Source of the DNA: Antedon mediterranea
Taxonomy: Eukaryota; Animalia; Echinodermata
DNA: 64,000 bases
Direction of reading: 5' to 3'
NCBI RefSeq assembly: GCF_964355755.1
Contig: NC_092673.1
Location: 9,424,001-9,488,000, forward strand
How positions within the stretch are numbered: the stretch's first letter is position 1; each line of letters opens with the position of its first letter. Below the pieces are notes generated by a model that was not told the origin of the DNA, searched no databases, and saw nothing but the letters and a program-made list of their open reading frames with translations. This document shows positions 25,011 to 36,989 of the stretch, one piece after another. The position numbers and the translations under genes are program-made.

Positions 25011-25221
25011 GTAGTATTAAGACAAATAACATTTAAAACTGTTTGTTTTGTTTTCATTTATTAGATTATATGCATTATCTTATCTTATGCAATATAACTT
25101 TATTGATTTTCAGAATCTTTATTTATTCTTTTCTTAGTATTATTTGAGGCATGGCATCACAAAATCGGCACAGTGTCGGAAATAATGATTTTTTAGATTT
25201 TTATATATTTATAATCTATGG

Positions 25222-25838
25222 TCTTATTGGATAGATAATTAAATTTTCTTTATATAAAAAAAATAAAACTTTATATTAAATACACATAATTCTGATAAAT
25301 TCATGTTAAGTGCTTAAAATCAGCAAATATAACACATTTCAATACTAAAAAAACAGACGCTAGTGATGTTAATAAATTACAAAGTTAGTGATCATCAATA
25401 TAATTCTTTTACATTTTTATAAAAGTTGTTATACAACATATAAATGTAAATTTTTCGAAACAATTTCACAAAAAAAAACCTTTTACGGCCAATAGTTTTG
25501 AGATTATAGGAATGTGTACTACCAGTACAGGTCAAAGATCAATAAAAAGATTTCAGGTCATTTTCTTGAAAAAGTTCTTATTAGACTGAATAGAAACATA
25601 CCTGCATATGCATCTCCCAAATAATTTGACACTAAAATTATTTCATTTAATCTAAAATAAGATATGACCATTTTGTTTTTAATGGCTCAAAACATTCAAA
25701 TTGAGGTCATTTTTTTTTAGATGAATTTTAGAAATTTTGACAACATGGGTTTTTATAACCAGCATGATCAAATATTCATAAAAAACAATGTTTACATTTT
25801 CCCCATCTGCACACGAAAATGCATAGGGATCTGGACTA
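25222..25838. mobile_element. Partial copy of the Academ foldback arm
   Basis: Collinear with 6235-6985 and ends in CATAGGGATCTGGACTA. Confidence 0.85.
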
Positions 25839-26097
25839 TATTGAAAAAAATGTAAATAAAATATTCAATTAATAATTGTATATATTGAATTTATTGGTCC
25901 ATCAACCAATCTTGTAGCTTAGTCAATTGCCCTCTACTGATTACTATTTCGTGCACATGCAAAATTACTTTCTGTTAAATTTATGAAACCACAGAGAAGG
26001 TATCTCCATGATGAAACATATCATGCTGTAGTTGTAGTTTTAATTTGTTAATAATAAAAGACGTAAATAATATTAGCTGTACTAATTGTATCCAAAG

Positions 26098-26186
26098 ACT
26101 CCAGATAGACTTAAAGTAGAAACGTTACAAAAACAACTAACCAATACTGTATCCGAAACCTCTATGATGGGGACAACATTCAATGA
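26098..26186 (+). CDS. Host gene exon (TPDRLKVETLQKQLTNTVSETSMMGTTFNE)
   Basis: AAG acceptor, GA|GTAAGT donor; phase 0/2 links correctly to the exon at 27614. Confidence 0.75.
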
Positions 26187-26236
26187 GTAAGTATAACAAT
26201 CAACACAACTACTAAATAATTACTGTATTAAACTTA

Positions 26237-27135
26237 CGCCCGTATTCTTAAACCGGACTTTAGTCGTAGTTCGAGCTATTACTTCAAATTTGATTCAAAA
26301 ACGAAGTAGTCGAAGTTTGCAGTTCGACTTAATGAAGTCGAGCTTTTAGTCGAGTTGCACACGTCTGGGTAACAAAGGCTATACATTGGCCAATGACAAG
26401 AGAGTATTTGAGGAGCAGACGAAATTTTGCGCATTGATATCACTTTCCATTTCTTACAACACTTTTTACGCATCAGGACTATATACATGAAAAATAATTT
26501 TAATCGTTAATTATTAGAACAATATCAGTATTAATTTAACAGTGAAGTATATTTGATTAACAACAAATAAAATCTTCAAAATATATTTAGGAACCATGGC
26601 GGTACGGTAACTTTTATATTTTCTAGGCCCCCAACAAAGTATGATCGCCACGAACCACGCACTTCATAGCGTGACAAGAAAGCCCTAGGCCCCCTAAACA
26701 TTCCATCGCGTGGTGAATTGCCGCATCTCCCATTGTCGCTATGGCGTGACGTAGCTCAAGTCGGACTTGCGCGAAGAAAATAATGTAATTTGTATACAGT
26801 TGTAAATAAAGATGATTTTCATTATTATAATTTATACCAATGTATATTTAATTAAGCTAATATAAATATAGATATTTCATTCTTCAATATCTGGCCAATA
26901 TAACAACTCAATGACTGTTACGTTTTTTATAAACATCGTTTAAAAAACATTTAGTCGACCATTTAGTCTGCCCCCTCCAGGACTAAAAAAATCGATCAAA
27001 ATCCGTCTCGATTTAGTCGAGGTTGGCCTGATTTAGTCGGTGATTTAGTTGAAGTTCGGTTTATGAATTAAAATGACGTCATTTTTTTAGTTTTAGCTCG
27101 AACTACGACTAAAGTCCGGTTTAAGAATACGGGCG
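26237..27135 (-). mobile_element. Harbinger-type MITE copy 2 (inverted relative to copy 1)
   Basis: Same TIRs and a perfect TTA TSD. The ORF track gives an identical 69-aa translation at 15623(+) and 26279(-). Confidence 0.95.
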
Positions 27136-27139
27136 TTAA

Positions 27140-27484
27140 AGACACTAGATCTCTGTTTTTTTAACCTAATTTAATTTCACACACTACATTTTATGTAAAA
27201 AGAAATACTATAGTATTGCAATATTTTGTTCTTCAATACAAGATACAAGATACAAGATAACTTGTTAAAAGTGTGAGTTGATTCTAATAATTTTGAGTGG
27301 CCCGCTATAAATCCCAACATACATCGTGTGCGGATTGATTTTTTCATATTGTGATGTGATGCACCCACTTCAATCGATCGCGTGAAAGGCCACTTTTAAG
27401 ACAAGAAATGACCTGGTTTAATGTTTTTAATTTATTAAATTTAATTATTTTTACAAAATGTTAAAAATTGTAGGTCTAGTGTCT
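27140..27484. mobile_element. Kolobok-type MITE
   Basis: TTAA|AGACACTAGA...TCTAGTGTCT|TTAA; same family as the elements at 32294 and 52536. Confidence 0.75.
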
Positions 27485-27613
27485 TTAAATCATCTTATCT
27501 TGTAATGTATAGATATAGCTATAACATTAATATTTTAAAGTTAAAATTGATGACTACACATGAATGCAATCTATGTACAAAATCATTATTATTGTCATTG
27601 CTTTAATTTATAG

Positions 27614-27768
27614 AACTATTGATCAGCTTGCGAGTGAGAACAAAGAACTGCATGTCACAATAAAACACTTAGAGAAAACAATATGTGCACTACATGACAA
27701 CAACCTATGTAGGTTGGAAGTGGACAAAATCATGGATCATCATTCATCAAATGTTGATAAAAAGACAG
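27614..27768 (+). CDS. Host gene exon (TIDQLASENKELHVTIKHLEK...DKKT)
   Basis: tttatAG acceptor, G|GTGAAC donor, phase 2/1. Confidence 0.8.
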
Positions 27769-27819
27769 GTGAACTAGAAGTGAATTACCTTTAACTGATA
27801 ATTTTCATCCCCTTAAATT

Positions 27820-28125
27820 TATTTATTTTTTATTTATTTTTTTTTTTTTATTTTTTTTATTTTATGTCTTTAGGCAATGTGGCCAAGGATTACCAATAGT
27901 GAATTAATCACTGTCCTATCAGATAGGTGGTAATCCCCCTGATACAGGGGCTATTGTGTGAACCAGTTCACCGGGGTAACCCCCTACTCTTTTTCGAATA
28001 ATGAACTGGGTTTCTTTAAAGTAACACAGGTTATAACTGTGTACACTGGACCTACGGTTTATAGTCCTTATCCGAGAAGACTTGTTCCACCACCAGAACT
28101 AGGAGCGAGTCGGCCTCGAACCCTT
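27820..28125 (-). mobile_element. SINE-like retroposon with an A-rich tail
   Basis: T-rich tract at 27820-27863 on the + strand; B-box-like GGGTTCGAGGCC on the - strand at about 28111-28123. Confidence 0.5.
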
Positions 28126-29833
28126 GCCGATGTTGTTGTTACTTAATTACTTCTGTCTGGTTCACAATGTTAATATCATTGTAAATTTAGGTGTTAAAAC
28201 TCTGGTAAACCCTTTGTTCAACAAGGCCATATACATGCCTGCAGTTGCGTGCTCAAGTTAGTGTTTACCGACCAACCGACCGACATAGTGAGCTGTAGAG
28301 TCCAATGCACGCGACTAAAATTGGATGAAACTCTCTGTCTGTCTGGAATACCTTGCCCTGCATCTTGCCAGAATTCCAAATCGATGGACTCGAAGTGTCA
28401 GTTGGTCCCTAGAACCAAAACTTTAAAGAAAAATTTTATCTACAGAGCACCAACCTATCATCTATTAGCGTATATCATGTAAATCTTAACTTTAAAACAG
28501 AAAGTTTTGAATTCAAGTTCCGTCGATGTTTTACATTGTGAGTTTTTAGGCTACATGCCAAAATTGCCCTGACCCTGTACGACGAAGAAAACAATGCAGT
28601 AGAATATTACGCAAAGCCTATTAAGAAATCCGAGGAAAATCCACGCCCTATTTAATCATGCCATCAACAAATATCAGGCAATTACTTCTTCCAGTCTTAC
28701 GCTATTTTTATACGTTTGTAATTAAATACTTAAAAATAATGACTTTTACGTTGTTATCGATACATTCAAAATGTGTGTTTTTCTTGAATTATAGACCACG
28801 ATTGGCACTTTCAAACGTACATAAAATTCAATATACAGTCAATGATAAATTCGTAATAAATTAATGTAGTACGAGCTGGAGTTTGTCGGTTAGAAAATTG
28901 GTCGTTTCACAACGTAAATGACAAAATTGACAGCGGGACATGAAACGTGTCCTTTCAGCTAAGATCATATAATTTATTATATTTTTGCCAAAATAATTTA
29001 AAAAACAAACGTACATTTGACAAATGACATTTTCCAGATTCAAATGTTTTAAAAGTAATAATATAGCTACCAAACCCCATGATAATGCATATCCTTATTG
29101 ATTTTTTCAGAATCTTTATTTATACTTTCCTTAGCATTATTTTGTCCGTCAATTATTTTGAGATCATAATGTCAATTAGCTATCAATTTTTCAGAGTATA
29201 TTCCTTATGGCCATGAATTGAACCGGCAGCCCAGAAACATTTGGTTAGATGAACTAGGTACCAATATCTAACTATATGATCATGTAGAGGGTTACCTAAA
29301 GTCAATAAAAATGGGTGTCTGCGTATAGACGTTGGGACCCCGAATAGTGCTAAAAAAGCCAGTTGAATTATAAAAGTCATATGTTCATATTTTGCGTCAT
29401 AGTTCATCACATTTAAAAGAGCACGCATCTATATTCTATATATCCAAATTTCTTCAACAAGTTAATATGTTGTTGCTCAGACAATTTTCATCTGAAATTG
29501 GTATCTTCTTCTTTCATTTGATGACATCATCATGTTAAAAATTAGAATTAAAGGCGAGTCCCTTATTTTTTACCAAGGTTACACTGTGTGTAGTATGCAC
29601 ACAGTATATAGTGTATACTGTAGGCCTATATTATACTTGGACACAAAATAGAGAGCACACTGAAGAAAGCATTTTGTTTTCTTCAGCTTATAATAGCATA
29701 ATCTTTTTTTGTGCGAAATATTCTAACGTATGAAGTGCATCTGGCGTGGGGAGTTTGTCGTGTGGATAACTAACTCGTCAAAGTGACGAGTTCATGTCTA
29801 GTTTTAAATTTGTTTCACAATTTATTTGATCAG

Positions 29834-30051
29834 ATTCACAAGTAGGTACTGTAAAAGCAGAGTTTGAATGTATCCATCAGCACTGTAGTCTATTAAAAGA
29901 AGAGTTGAGCAGCACCAAGATACGCAATGAGAATCTAATGGCTAGGCTTACTCAGATGGAGGAGGAAGGACAGCAATACTTAGAACAGCTTAAAACTAAA
30001 CAATTTCAGCTTGATCACCTTCAGATTCAATTCAAAACTCTAGAGAAACAG
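29834..30051 (+). CDS. Host gene exon (SQVGTVKAEFECIHQHCSLLKEEL...KTLEKQ)
   Basis: gatCAG acceptor, CAG|GTAACT donor, phase 1/0, heptad-like sequence. Missed by the ORF track. Confidence 0.85.
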
Positions 30052-31596
30052 GTAACTATTTCACACAAAAAATGATCTTGCGTTATTATTTGTAACTATA
30101 CCTTACCAAAGCAGAATGCTTAAATAGCCTTCGCTAACCATTCGCTAGGCATTGGAATGCTAATTTACAGGTAATTTTTAGAATTTAGGCATTCATGGTT
30201 AAAACAACTTAATGGAATGCTAAGAAAAGTTTCCAAGCATTCTTTAGGAATGCTTATAAGAGTCAATAAGCATTCAGAAGCTATCCCGAATGGTAGTGTG
30301 AATGCTAAGATCATTGCAAGCATTCGGTGGAGATATTCTGAATGGTAGTGTGAATGCTAAGAACATTGGTAGCATTCAGGAAGATATTTTGAATGGTAGT
30401 GTGAATGCTAAGATCATTGGTAGCATTCAGGAAGAGATTTTGAATGGTAAACAGGGAAATAATTGAATGCTCAACCAATCGGATCAATCCTCACCAACTG
30501 CCAAAAAACAAAAACCAATTCAAATTCAAGAGACTAATGACTAGAGAAAGGCTGAGTTGAGTGAGGAGGCCTATAGACCGCAGCCTTCCTTCTTTTCACA
30601 GCTTACCTGCTGGCAACCCTGACACAGATTTTGCTGATATAAAAGGTATTGTAACTAGTATCTATACCTGCTCTTTTATCATTCTGTATTTAGCTACTAA
30701 CTAGCTAGGCCTAATAATAGGAGGAAGTTGATTCAGCAGAAAGGGACCAGGGCTAGGCTACAGTAGATAGTGAGTGGTTTGGGAGGAATGGGAGAATTCA
30801 GTGGTGGTACCTATAAATTGGATCCCCTAAGTCACTCCCTGGTTATATTGTGTAGCTAGGCTAGGCTAGTTATATTATAATCTAGCTAACCACATTGTAT
30901 CACTGATCAAAGAGAAGGGCTAACTAAACTATATATAAAAGCAGTTTTAAATAAAAGCAGTTTTAACTCTGGCATCATTTATTATAAGACCATGGGATGG
31001 TGGAGGCATTTTTTATGCCATGGCAGATTATTTCCTAATTCCAACATTTGAAATGAATACAAACAGTAACATAGTAACCACACAACAAGTATTGATTTTA
31101 AAGGGTAAATATTAAATAAATTAATAGTCCTCCTACAGACTAGAGAATAGTGCATAATTCAGTTTTATCTGCTATATAATGACTGTACAAAGGAACAGGT
31201 CTCCTTTGCAAATAAGTGTCTTGATTTTTGTTATCTTTCAGACTGATTCTCGGAGAAGAATGCCAAAGTAGAAGCGAGTTGCTTGAACAACAAATAAACA
31301 ATAAATAAAAGTTTGAATAGATGTACTTCTAAACAATTAATTAAACACGGTAGGGTATGTGGGACATAAGACCTTAGCAAGGTAACATCCTTACCCCATT
31401 AGATGATAAATGAAGCTTATTAATATATCAAAACAATTAAAGTAAAAAGGGGTTGTACTTTTTGTCCGAATATTGTGTTGAATTGCCTTTTATTTTAGGT
31501 CCTAGTTTAACATCATAACATACTGTACAGTAGTCTGATGAGAGTTTTAACTTGTTTTGTTGCAACCCTAATTCCTATTACAATACTGTAGCGTAA

Positions 31597-31736
31597 AGCT
31601 CTGTCTACACTATCAAACTTTATGTGACAAAAAAATGTGATGTGCCCATATATGGACATAATGATGTCATATCACTACCATATTTGGGCACATCACACTT
31701 TTTTTGTCAAACTAGTTTGATAGTGTAGATATAGCT
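31597..31736. mobile_element. 140-bp MITE with TAA TSD (Harbinger/Tourist-like)
   Basis: AGCTCTGTCTACACTATCAAACT / AGTTTGATAGTGTAGATATAGCT with TAA on both sides. Confidence 0.85.
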
Positions 31737-31794
31737 TAATGCTATGTAGCATTTCCCTGCTAACATGTAATTTGCTCACTAGTTTACATAGTAT

Positions 31795-31998
31795 TAGTGT
31801 AGCATTCACCCACTAGCATTCAAATGCTAGTGTAGCATTCACCCACTACCATTCAAATGCTAGTGTAGCATTCACCCACTAGCATTTGAATGCTAGTGTA
31901 GCATTCACCCACTAGCATTTGAATGCTAGTGTAGCATTCACCCACTAGCATTCGAATGCTAGTGTAGCATTCACCCACTAGCATTCGAATGCTAGTGC
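31795..31998. repeat. 33-bp minisatellite, 6 copies, each with a 22-bp palindrome
   Basis: Unit AGCATTCACCCACTAGCATTCGAATGCTAGTGT. Confidence 0.95.
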
Positions 31999-32293
31999 TA
32001 CCATTCGCATGCTTAAGCTCATTTAAATAATTCGGCTCCCTGGAAGGCTTAGCGAATGCTTAGCGAATGCTAAGCATTCGAAGGCTAAATTCAGTCATTG
32101 AATGCTTATATACCACTAGTATTCGAATGCTAAGTATAGCCCTTCGAATGCCAATAATAGCATTCCAGGAGTAGCATTCGAATGCTTTGTAAATGTTAAG
32201 CGAAGGCATTCAGCTTTGGTAAGGAATGCCAAACTCAATGGAAATTTCATAGAAATTGACCAACAAGAACTGAATGGAATGCAAAAATGTTAA

Positions 32294-32829
32294 AGAAACT
32301 AGACCTACATTTTATGTAAAAATATTATATTAAAATACTATATGGACCTTCTGCGATAATCGTCTTTAAACGGTTACAAATGTGAAAAATAAGTCGATTC
32401 TAATAATTTTAGCAGCCCGCTAAAATTCCAACATGCATCGCAGATTGATATTTTCATATTATGATGTGATTCACTCACTTCGATCGATCGCGTAAAAGTG
32501 TAAACAAATAAAAGAACCGTAACTTTTCGGCTAAAATACCAGGTCTTCCCCAAATTGTATTTAACGGATTCTGCCAAAAAGGAAAGAAAATTAATTCAGC
32601 AACGCGAAAACTTCAGGCTAGGCCTGCAAAACTAAGCCTAACTAAGCTAGGCCTAAACGTCTACGAGTAAACTGTCGATACGAGTTACCCGAAGTAGTGC
32701 ATTGTTTTTCTCTTTTTATCACAATTAACCTTAGAACGCACATTTAAGACAAGAAATGACCTGGTTTAATGTTTTTAAAATTATATGCATTATTTTTACA
32801 AAATGTCAAAAAGTGTAGGTCTAGTTTAT
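32294..32829. mobile_element. Kolobok-type MITE (older copy)
   Basis: TTAA|AGAAACTAGACCTACA...TGTAGGTCTAGTTT; internal homology to the elements at 27140 and 52536. Confidence 0.7.
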
Positions 32830-34100
32830 TGAACTTTCCATCTTTCAAAAAAAAAACTAATGTATATTAGATAAGGGCCACTCTTGTTTATTCTTATTGA
32901 GAAAAATGAAGGAGCTGATACACGTATAAAAGAACTATCGAATACTGTCTGAGAAATCTAATCAACAGTTACTGCTGGAAAATCCACAGCAACCAATTGT
33001 TGAAGATGTCATCACAAAAAAAACTATAATAAAGAGTCTTAATGTAAAAAAAAACCGATGGCCAAGTCATAGGCATCATCTGCATGCATTATATTTTACC
33101 GATATAAAACTCGATATATGTTATATTACATTGCCAACAACAAGTTGAATATCTACTGCTGGGTCAGGTGTAGCTGGCCTTCCTTGTATTGTAATAAGTC
33201 TGCCTAGTTAGGCGTTGCATTCACCTTACCTTGCGAAGAATAATATACAAATAACTACTAATTAATGATTCCTTGGCCATAAAATATTCACTTAGGTCTT
33301 AGGTCGTTTAAATTAACAGAAGAATTTCTATCAATAAGCCTACATTAATAATAATAATATTATCAGGTAGGCCGAATAATAATTCTTCGAGCCGAATCAC
33401 CGGATGTTTGCCGCGTCGTGTGTAACAGGTTACTACCGGAGTATTAACCAATCACAAACAGTCTTTTATCACATCTAGGGAGGACTAATAACAAATGAGG
33501 GTGCTATGTATGCATAGTTTAAATAGTTCAGTTGATTAATTTCTTCAAGCAAGTTCCGTGGCACAGCGCATGAAGCGTTGTTTTGTGATGGAGTGACAAT
33601 TTCATCGCAAGTTCAAGTCCCAGTAGATGACTTTTGTTTATTTATCGCCAAACACGAGTGTTGGCACATGAAAATTACACAGTATATATATTTAATGACA
33701 GGGACACGATATTTACGCGAAAATTACTCAGTCAATATCATCGTACTCGAGGATATATACGATTTACGATCCTCGCAGCGGTAGTCATGTGATGCAGTTT
33801 CAACCAATCACGTTCATGTATTTACATAGGCTATGTATATTTAATGATAAATTAATGGTATTTATTATACCTGGCTTATTTTGACAGTTAGCCTACAACA
33901 GACAGATTATATAGTAGAGTAGGAAATGGGGGTTCCCATGCACCCCAGTGGTATATTTTTTTAATGTTGTTTTTCTATAATCCCAAGTATGTCTAGTAAC
34001 CAGATCAGGTTGTTAACATTTTCAAATCGTGGGGTTGTTTCTGACCCATTTAGTCGGCCATGTTGGTTTTAACAAATTAACATTTTTTCATCATTTTATC

Positions 34101-34640
34101 ATTTCACACCAAAACTCCGGACTGATTTCCGGAGACACCCCAGGGTTTATGACCATTTAAATGTCGAGAAACTCCGAAGATACCCCTTTCACACCAACCT
34201 AGCAACACCGGGGTTTATAAAATAATATTGTAAATGTCGCCCTCTATTTTGTTTGTTTACATAGCGACGATCATTAGAATCATTTTAATTAATATTTTTA
34301 ATTTAATTCAAAAGTAATATAATGTTTTATTGATACTATACTTATTATTTTTTAAACCCGCTATATATTTTGTACAAATATTTAAAGTATTTTGAAATAA
34401 AATAAAGCATTGAGTGATCGTGTGAGGATGACCTTTTGACCTAAAACTCCGGAGTTTTGATGTTGGTACCTTTCACACCAAAACACAGGGGTGTCCCCGC
34501 AGTTCGCTCTCTGGAGAATGTTCAGCTGTTCAACCCCGCAGTTTTAAACTCCGGAGTTGCTTGATTTTACCTTTTACACTGAAACAGTGGGGCGTCAACT
34601 CCGGAGTGTCTCTGGAGTTTTGCTTTTGGTGTGAAAGAGG
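34101..34640. mobile_element. Harbinger-like MITE, same family as 10409-13134
   Basis: TTTCACACCAAAACTCCGGA motifs; reverse-complement homology to 10411-10540 and 12820-13131. Confidence 0.75.
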
Positions 34641-34960
34641 TAGTATACTGTAATATTTGTGGTAAACAGTATGTCGGGGAAACAAAAAACATGCTCCGTA
34701 TGAGAATGACACAATACAGATCAGCTATCAAAACATTGAAGCTTGATCAACCTGTAGCCGAATATTTTAATTCAGCTGGTCACTCGATTGCAAATTTCAG
34801 AGTTATTGCAATATAGACCACGTCAAATGTTAAATGGAGACAAAACTAGCAAACACAAAGAAAACCACTGTGAATTACTACTTAAAACCACAAAACTCTC
34901 AGATCGGTAAAATTACTCCAATGACTACCTAAATTTCAGTTCCAATATTAACCACCATAA

Positions 34961-35142
34961 AGGGTCTTTCACACCTGTTCCGGCACGGTTCCAGTCCGGC
35001 GCCGGAAAATCCAATCGGACATAAAATGTTTCGTTTTTACGCGGCTACGCGCATATCGATTGGCGCATAGCCGCGTGAAAACGAAACATTGATGTTTGAT
35101 TCGCCGGACCGGAACCGTGCCGGAACAGGTGTGAAAGACCCT
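34961..35142. mobile_element. 182-bp palindromic MITE with TAA TSD
   Basis: AGGGTCTTTCACACCTGTTCCGGCACGGTTCC / GGAACCGTGCCGGAACAGGTGTGAAAGACCCT with TAA flanks. Confidence 0.9.
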
Positions 35143-35251
35143 TAAAGCTGTTTCTTAGTTTTATTCCAACATTTTTTTACTACCATTACCAAGCTATCTT
35201 TTTCCACCTTTACTATAATATATCTGTCTATCTTCGTCCAAGAACCTTCCC

Positions 35252-35316
35252 TGCACTGATGAAGGGCTAGTGTTGCCCGCTTGCACTGGTGAAGGGCTAG
35301 TGTTGCCCGAAAGCTT
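35252..35316 (+). ncRNA. Tandemly duplicated partial hammerhead ribozyme
   Basis: TGCA-CTGATGA-A-GGGC-tagtgtt-GCCC-G repeated at a 30-bp period; the second copy has CTGGTGA and continues GAAAGCT. Confidence 0.6.
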
Positions 35317-35668
35317 TATCGTTTTGATATCGGTAAAATATAAGATTTTACAACCCCTTGGGAAGGATATTTTATTCGATGGAATATATTTCTCTTAGCG
35401 CTTCGCGCTTCGGATGTGGAAATCTGAGAGAATGAGTGCTGTTCCTCCGTACCACGCCGAGAATGTTAAAGTTAGCAGAGCTTTCGGGCAACACTATACT
35501 TTTTCTCATTCTCACAGATTTCCTCATCTTTATCGTTTAAAATTAATTAATTAAATTTTAGTATATCACCGGGCGGTTTAGAATTACTGTTCTTTGCCTG
35601 ATTTGTATATTAAATATATATATATATGAAATAAGTATAGCTTTTGAAAATTGTAATTTTTAATCCAG

Positions 35669-35782
35669 GAACAAAATCCTAATATGAATGATAAAACAAC
35701 AGAGCAGTTAAAGATTGAAGAATATATTACAGAGTTAGAGATTGAGCTAAAAGAAGCAAAAGAACAAATTGAAGAGTTAAAG
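35669..35782 (+). CDS. Host gene exon (EQNPNMNDKTTEQLKIEEYITELEIELKEAKEQIEELK)
   Basis: ccAG acceptor, AAG|GTATTT donor, 114 bp, phase 0/0. Confidence 0.85.
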
Positions 35783-36098
35783 GTATTTATAAATACACAT
35801 ACACAAGTACACATCCTCAAAGGATTTGTGACTAAAGTTTAGAAAATTGGACTTTTAGAAATGCACCACCTCATTCATCAAGCAAAATTTTACTTGGCGT
35901 AGGCCTAGAGGTAGAAATCAAAACAGTTGTTTGACTATCATTTTTTCTATCCAGTTTCTTTGTTTTTTAAACTGTTGAAAGCATGTTGTGTTTTTTGCTC
36001 ACATTGAATTTGTTTTTTAAAATTGTCTAACCTCTCAGTATTGTCTGAAACATTGACACTAAAAAATGTAATTTACTAATTGATATCTTCTGATGTAG

Positions 36099-36463
36099 CA
36101 TGTTCCAAAGTGGATTGATTATAAAGCATGGAATAACATGCTTTCAGAAAAACTGATACTTGAAACAGAGCTGATAGATATGAAAGAAAAAAGATTTGAG
36201 GAATCCAAAAAATTATCTGAGCTACAACAGGAACATGAAGATGTTCAAAGCAAACTGGGATTTGCTGTCCAAAAGTCTGAAATGGATGGCTTGAAGAAGA
36301 AACTTCAATTAGAAGAGGAGAAAATGATGCTTCGAGTTGATGTGGATGGTAAGTTGAGGTCATCATCCATAAAAGAAAAGGAACTGAAGAAGGAGCTTGA
36401 TGAACAGAAGAGAATTATCCATGAGAGTGAAATAATGATAAATCAGTTGCAAAATAATCTCAG
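36099..36463 (+). CDS. Host gene exon (HVPKWIDYKAWNNMLSEKLILETEL...QLQNNLR), coiled coil
   Basis: gtAG acceptor, AG|GTAGGC donor, phase 0/2; contains ORF 36138-36467. Confidence 0.9.
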
Positions 36464-36843
36464 GTAGGCCATTTTTTTATATTTATTATATTGAATGAAA
36501 ATATAATGTGAATCTTTGTGTTCCAAACAACATATTGATCATTGATGTTAAACACATTTTTTTCAAAAACAAAGTAGTCGAGTCAAACTGCTTATGACCC
36601 CAAAAAAATTGCAAGAAAATATTTTTTTATGAATTATAATAAAATATTGTCTAAAAAAACATAGGCCCTATATTTTCATATTTTTACCCGACTAAAGGCT
36701 ATAAAAAGATTCTTGGGATTCATCATCTATATTTCATTTAAGTTTTCTTTCTCAAAAGCCTATTATCAAAACGTCTGAAATAGCTAACTTTTTAGAAGAA
36801 ATTGAAACAAATAGTATGATTAATTCAATAAAATTATGTTTAG

Positions 36844-36955
36844 ATCAAAGGAAAATGAGGTGAGCAGCTTAAATCAAGAACTAGCAATCTTGTTGAGCGA
36901 AAATGTGCAAATAAAACAAACTCTAGAGACAATTACAGTTGACAACAACAATAAG
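36844..36955 (+). CDS. Host gene exon (SKENEVSSLNQELAILLSENVQIKQTLETITVDNNNK)
   Basis: tttAG acceptor, AAG|GTAAAC donor, phase 2/0. Confidence 0.85.
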
Positions 36956-36989
36956 GTAAACAGTTACATGTCACATTGATCATACTTTG

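Larger units (their letters stand above)
30100..32225. mobile_element. CMC/EnSpm-like non-autonomous element with subterminal tandem repeats
   Basis: TIRs CCTTACCAAAGCAGAATGC / GCATTCAGCTTTGGTAAGG, probable 2-bp TSD AT, and dense GCATTC/GAATGC motifs at both ends. Confidence 0.7.
34642..35343 (+). mobile_element. Degenerate Penelope 3' end (GIY-YIG endonuclease plus pLTR with hammerhead motifs)
   Basis: YCNICGKQYVGETKN.LR.RM..YRS...PVAEYFN..GH; CTGATGA/GAAA motifs at 35256-35315. Confidence 0.8.

Noticed and set aside
31795-31998. CRISPR-like palindromic repeats
   Set aside because: The units are head-to-tail with no unique spacers, so this is a transposon subterminal minisatellite.
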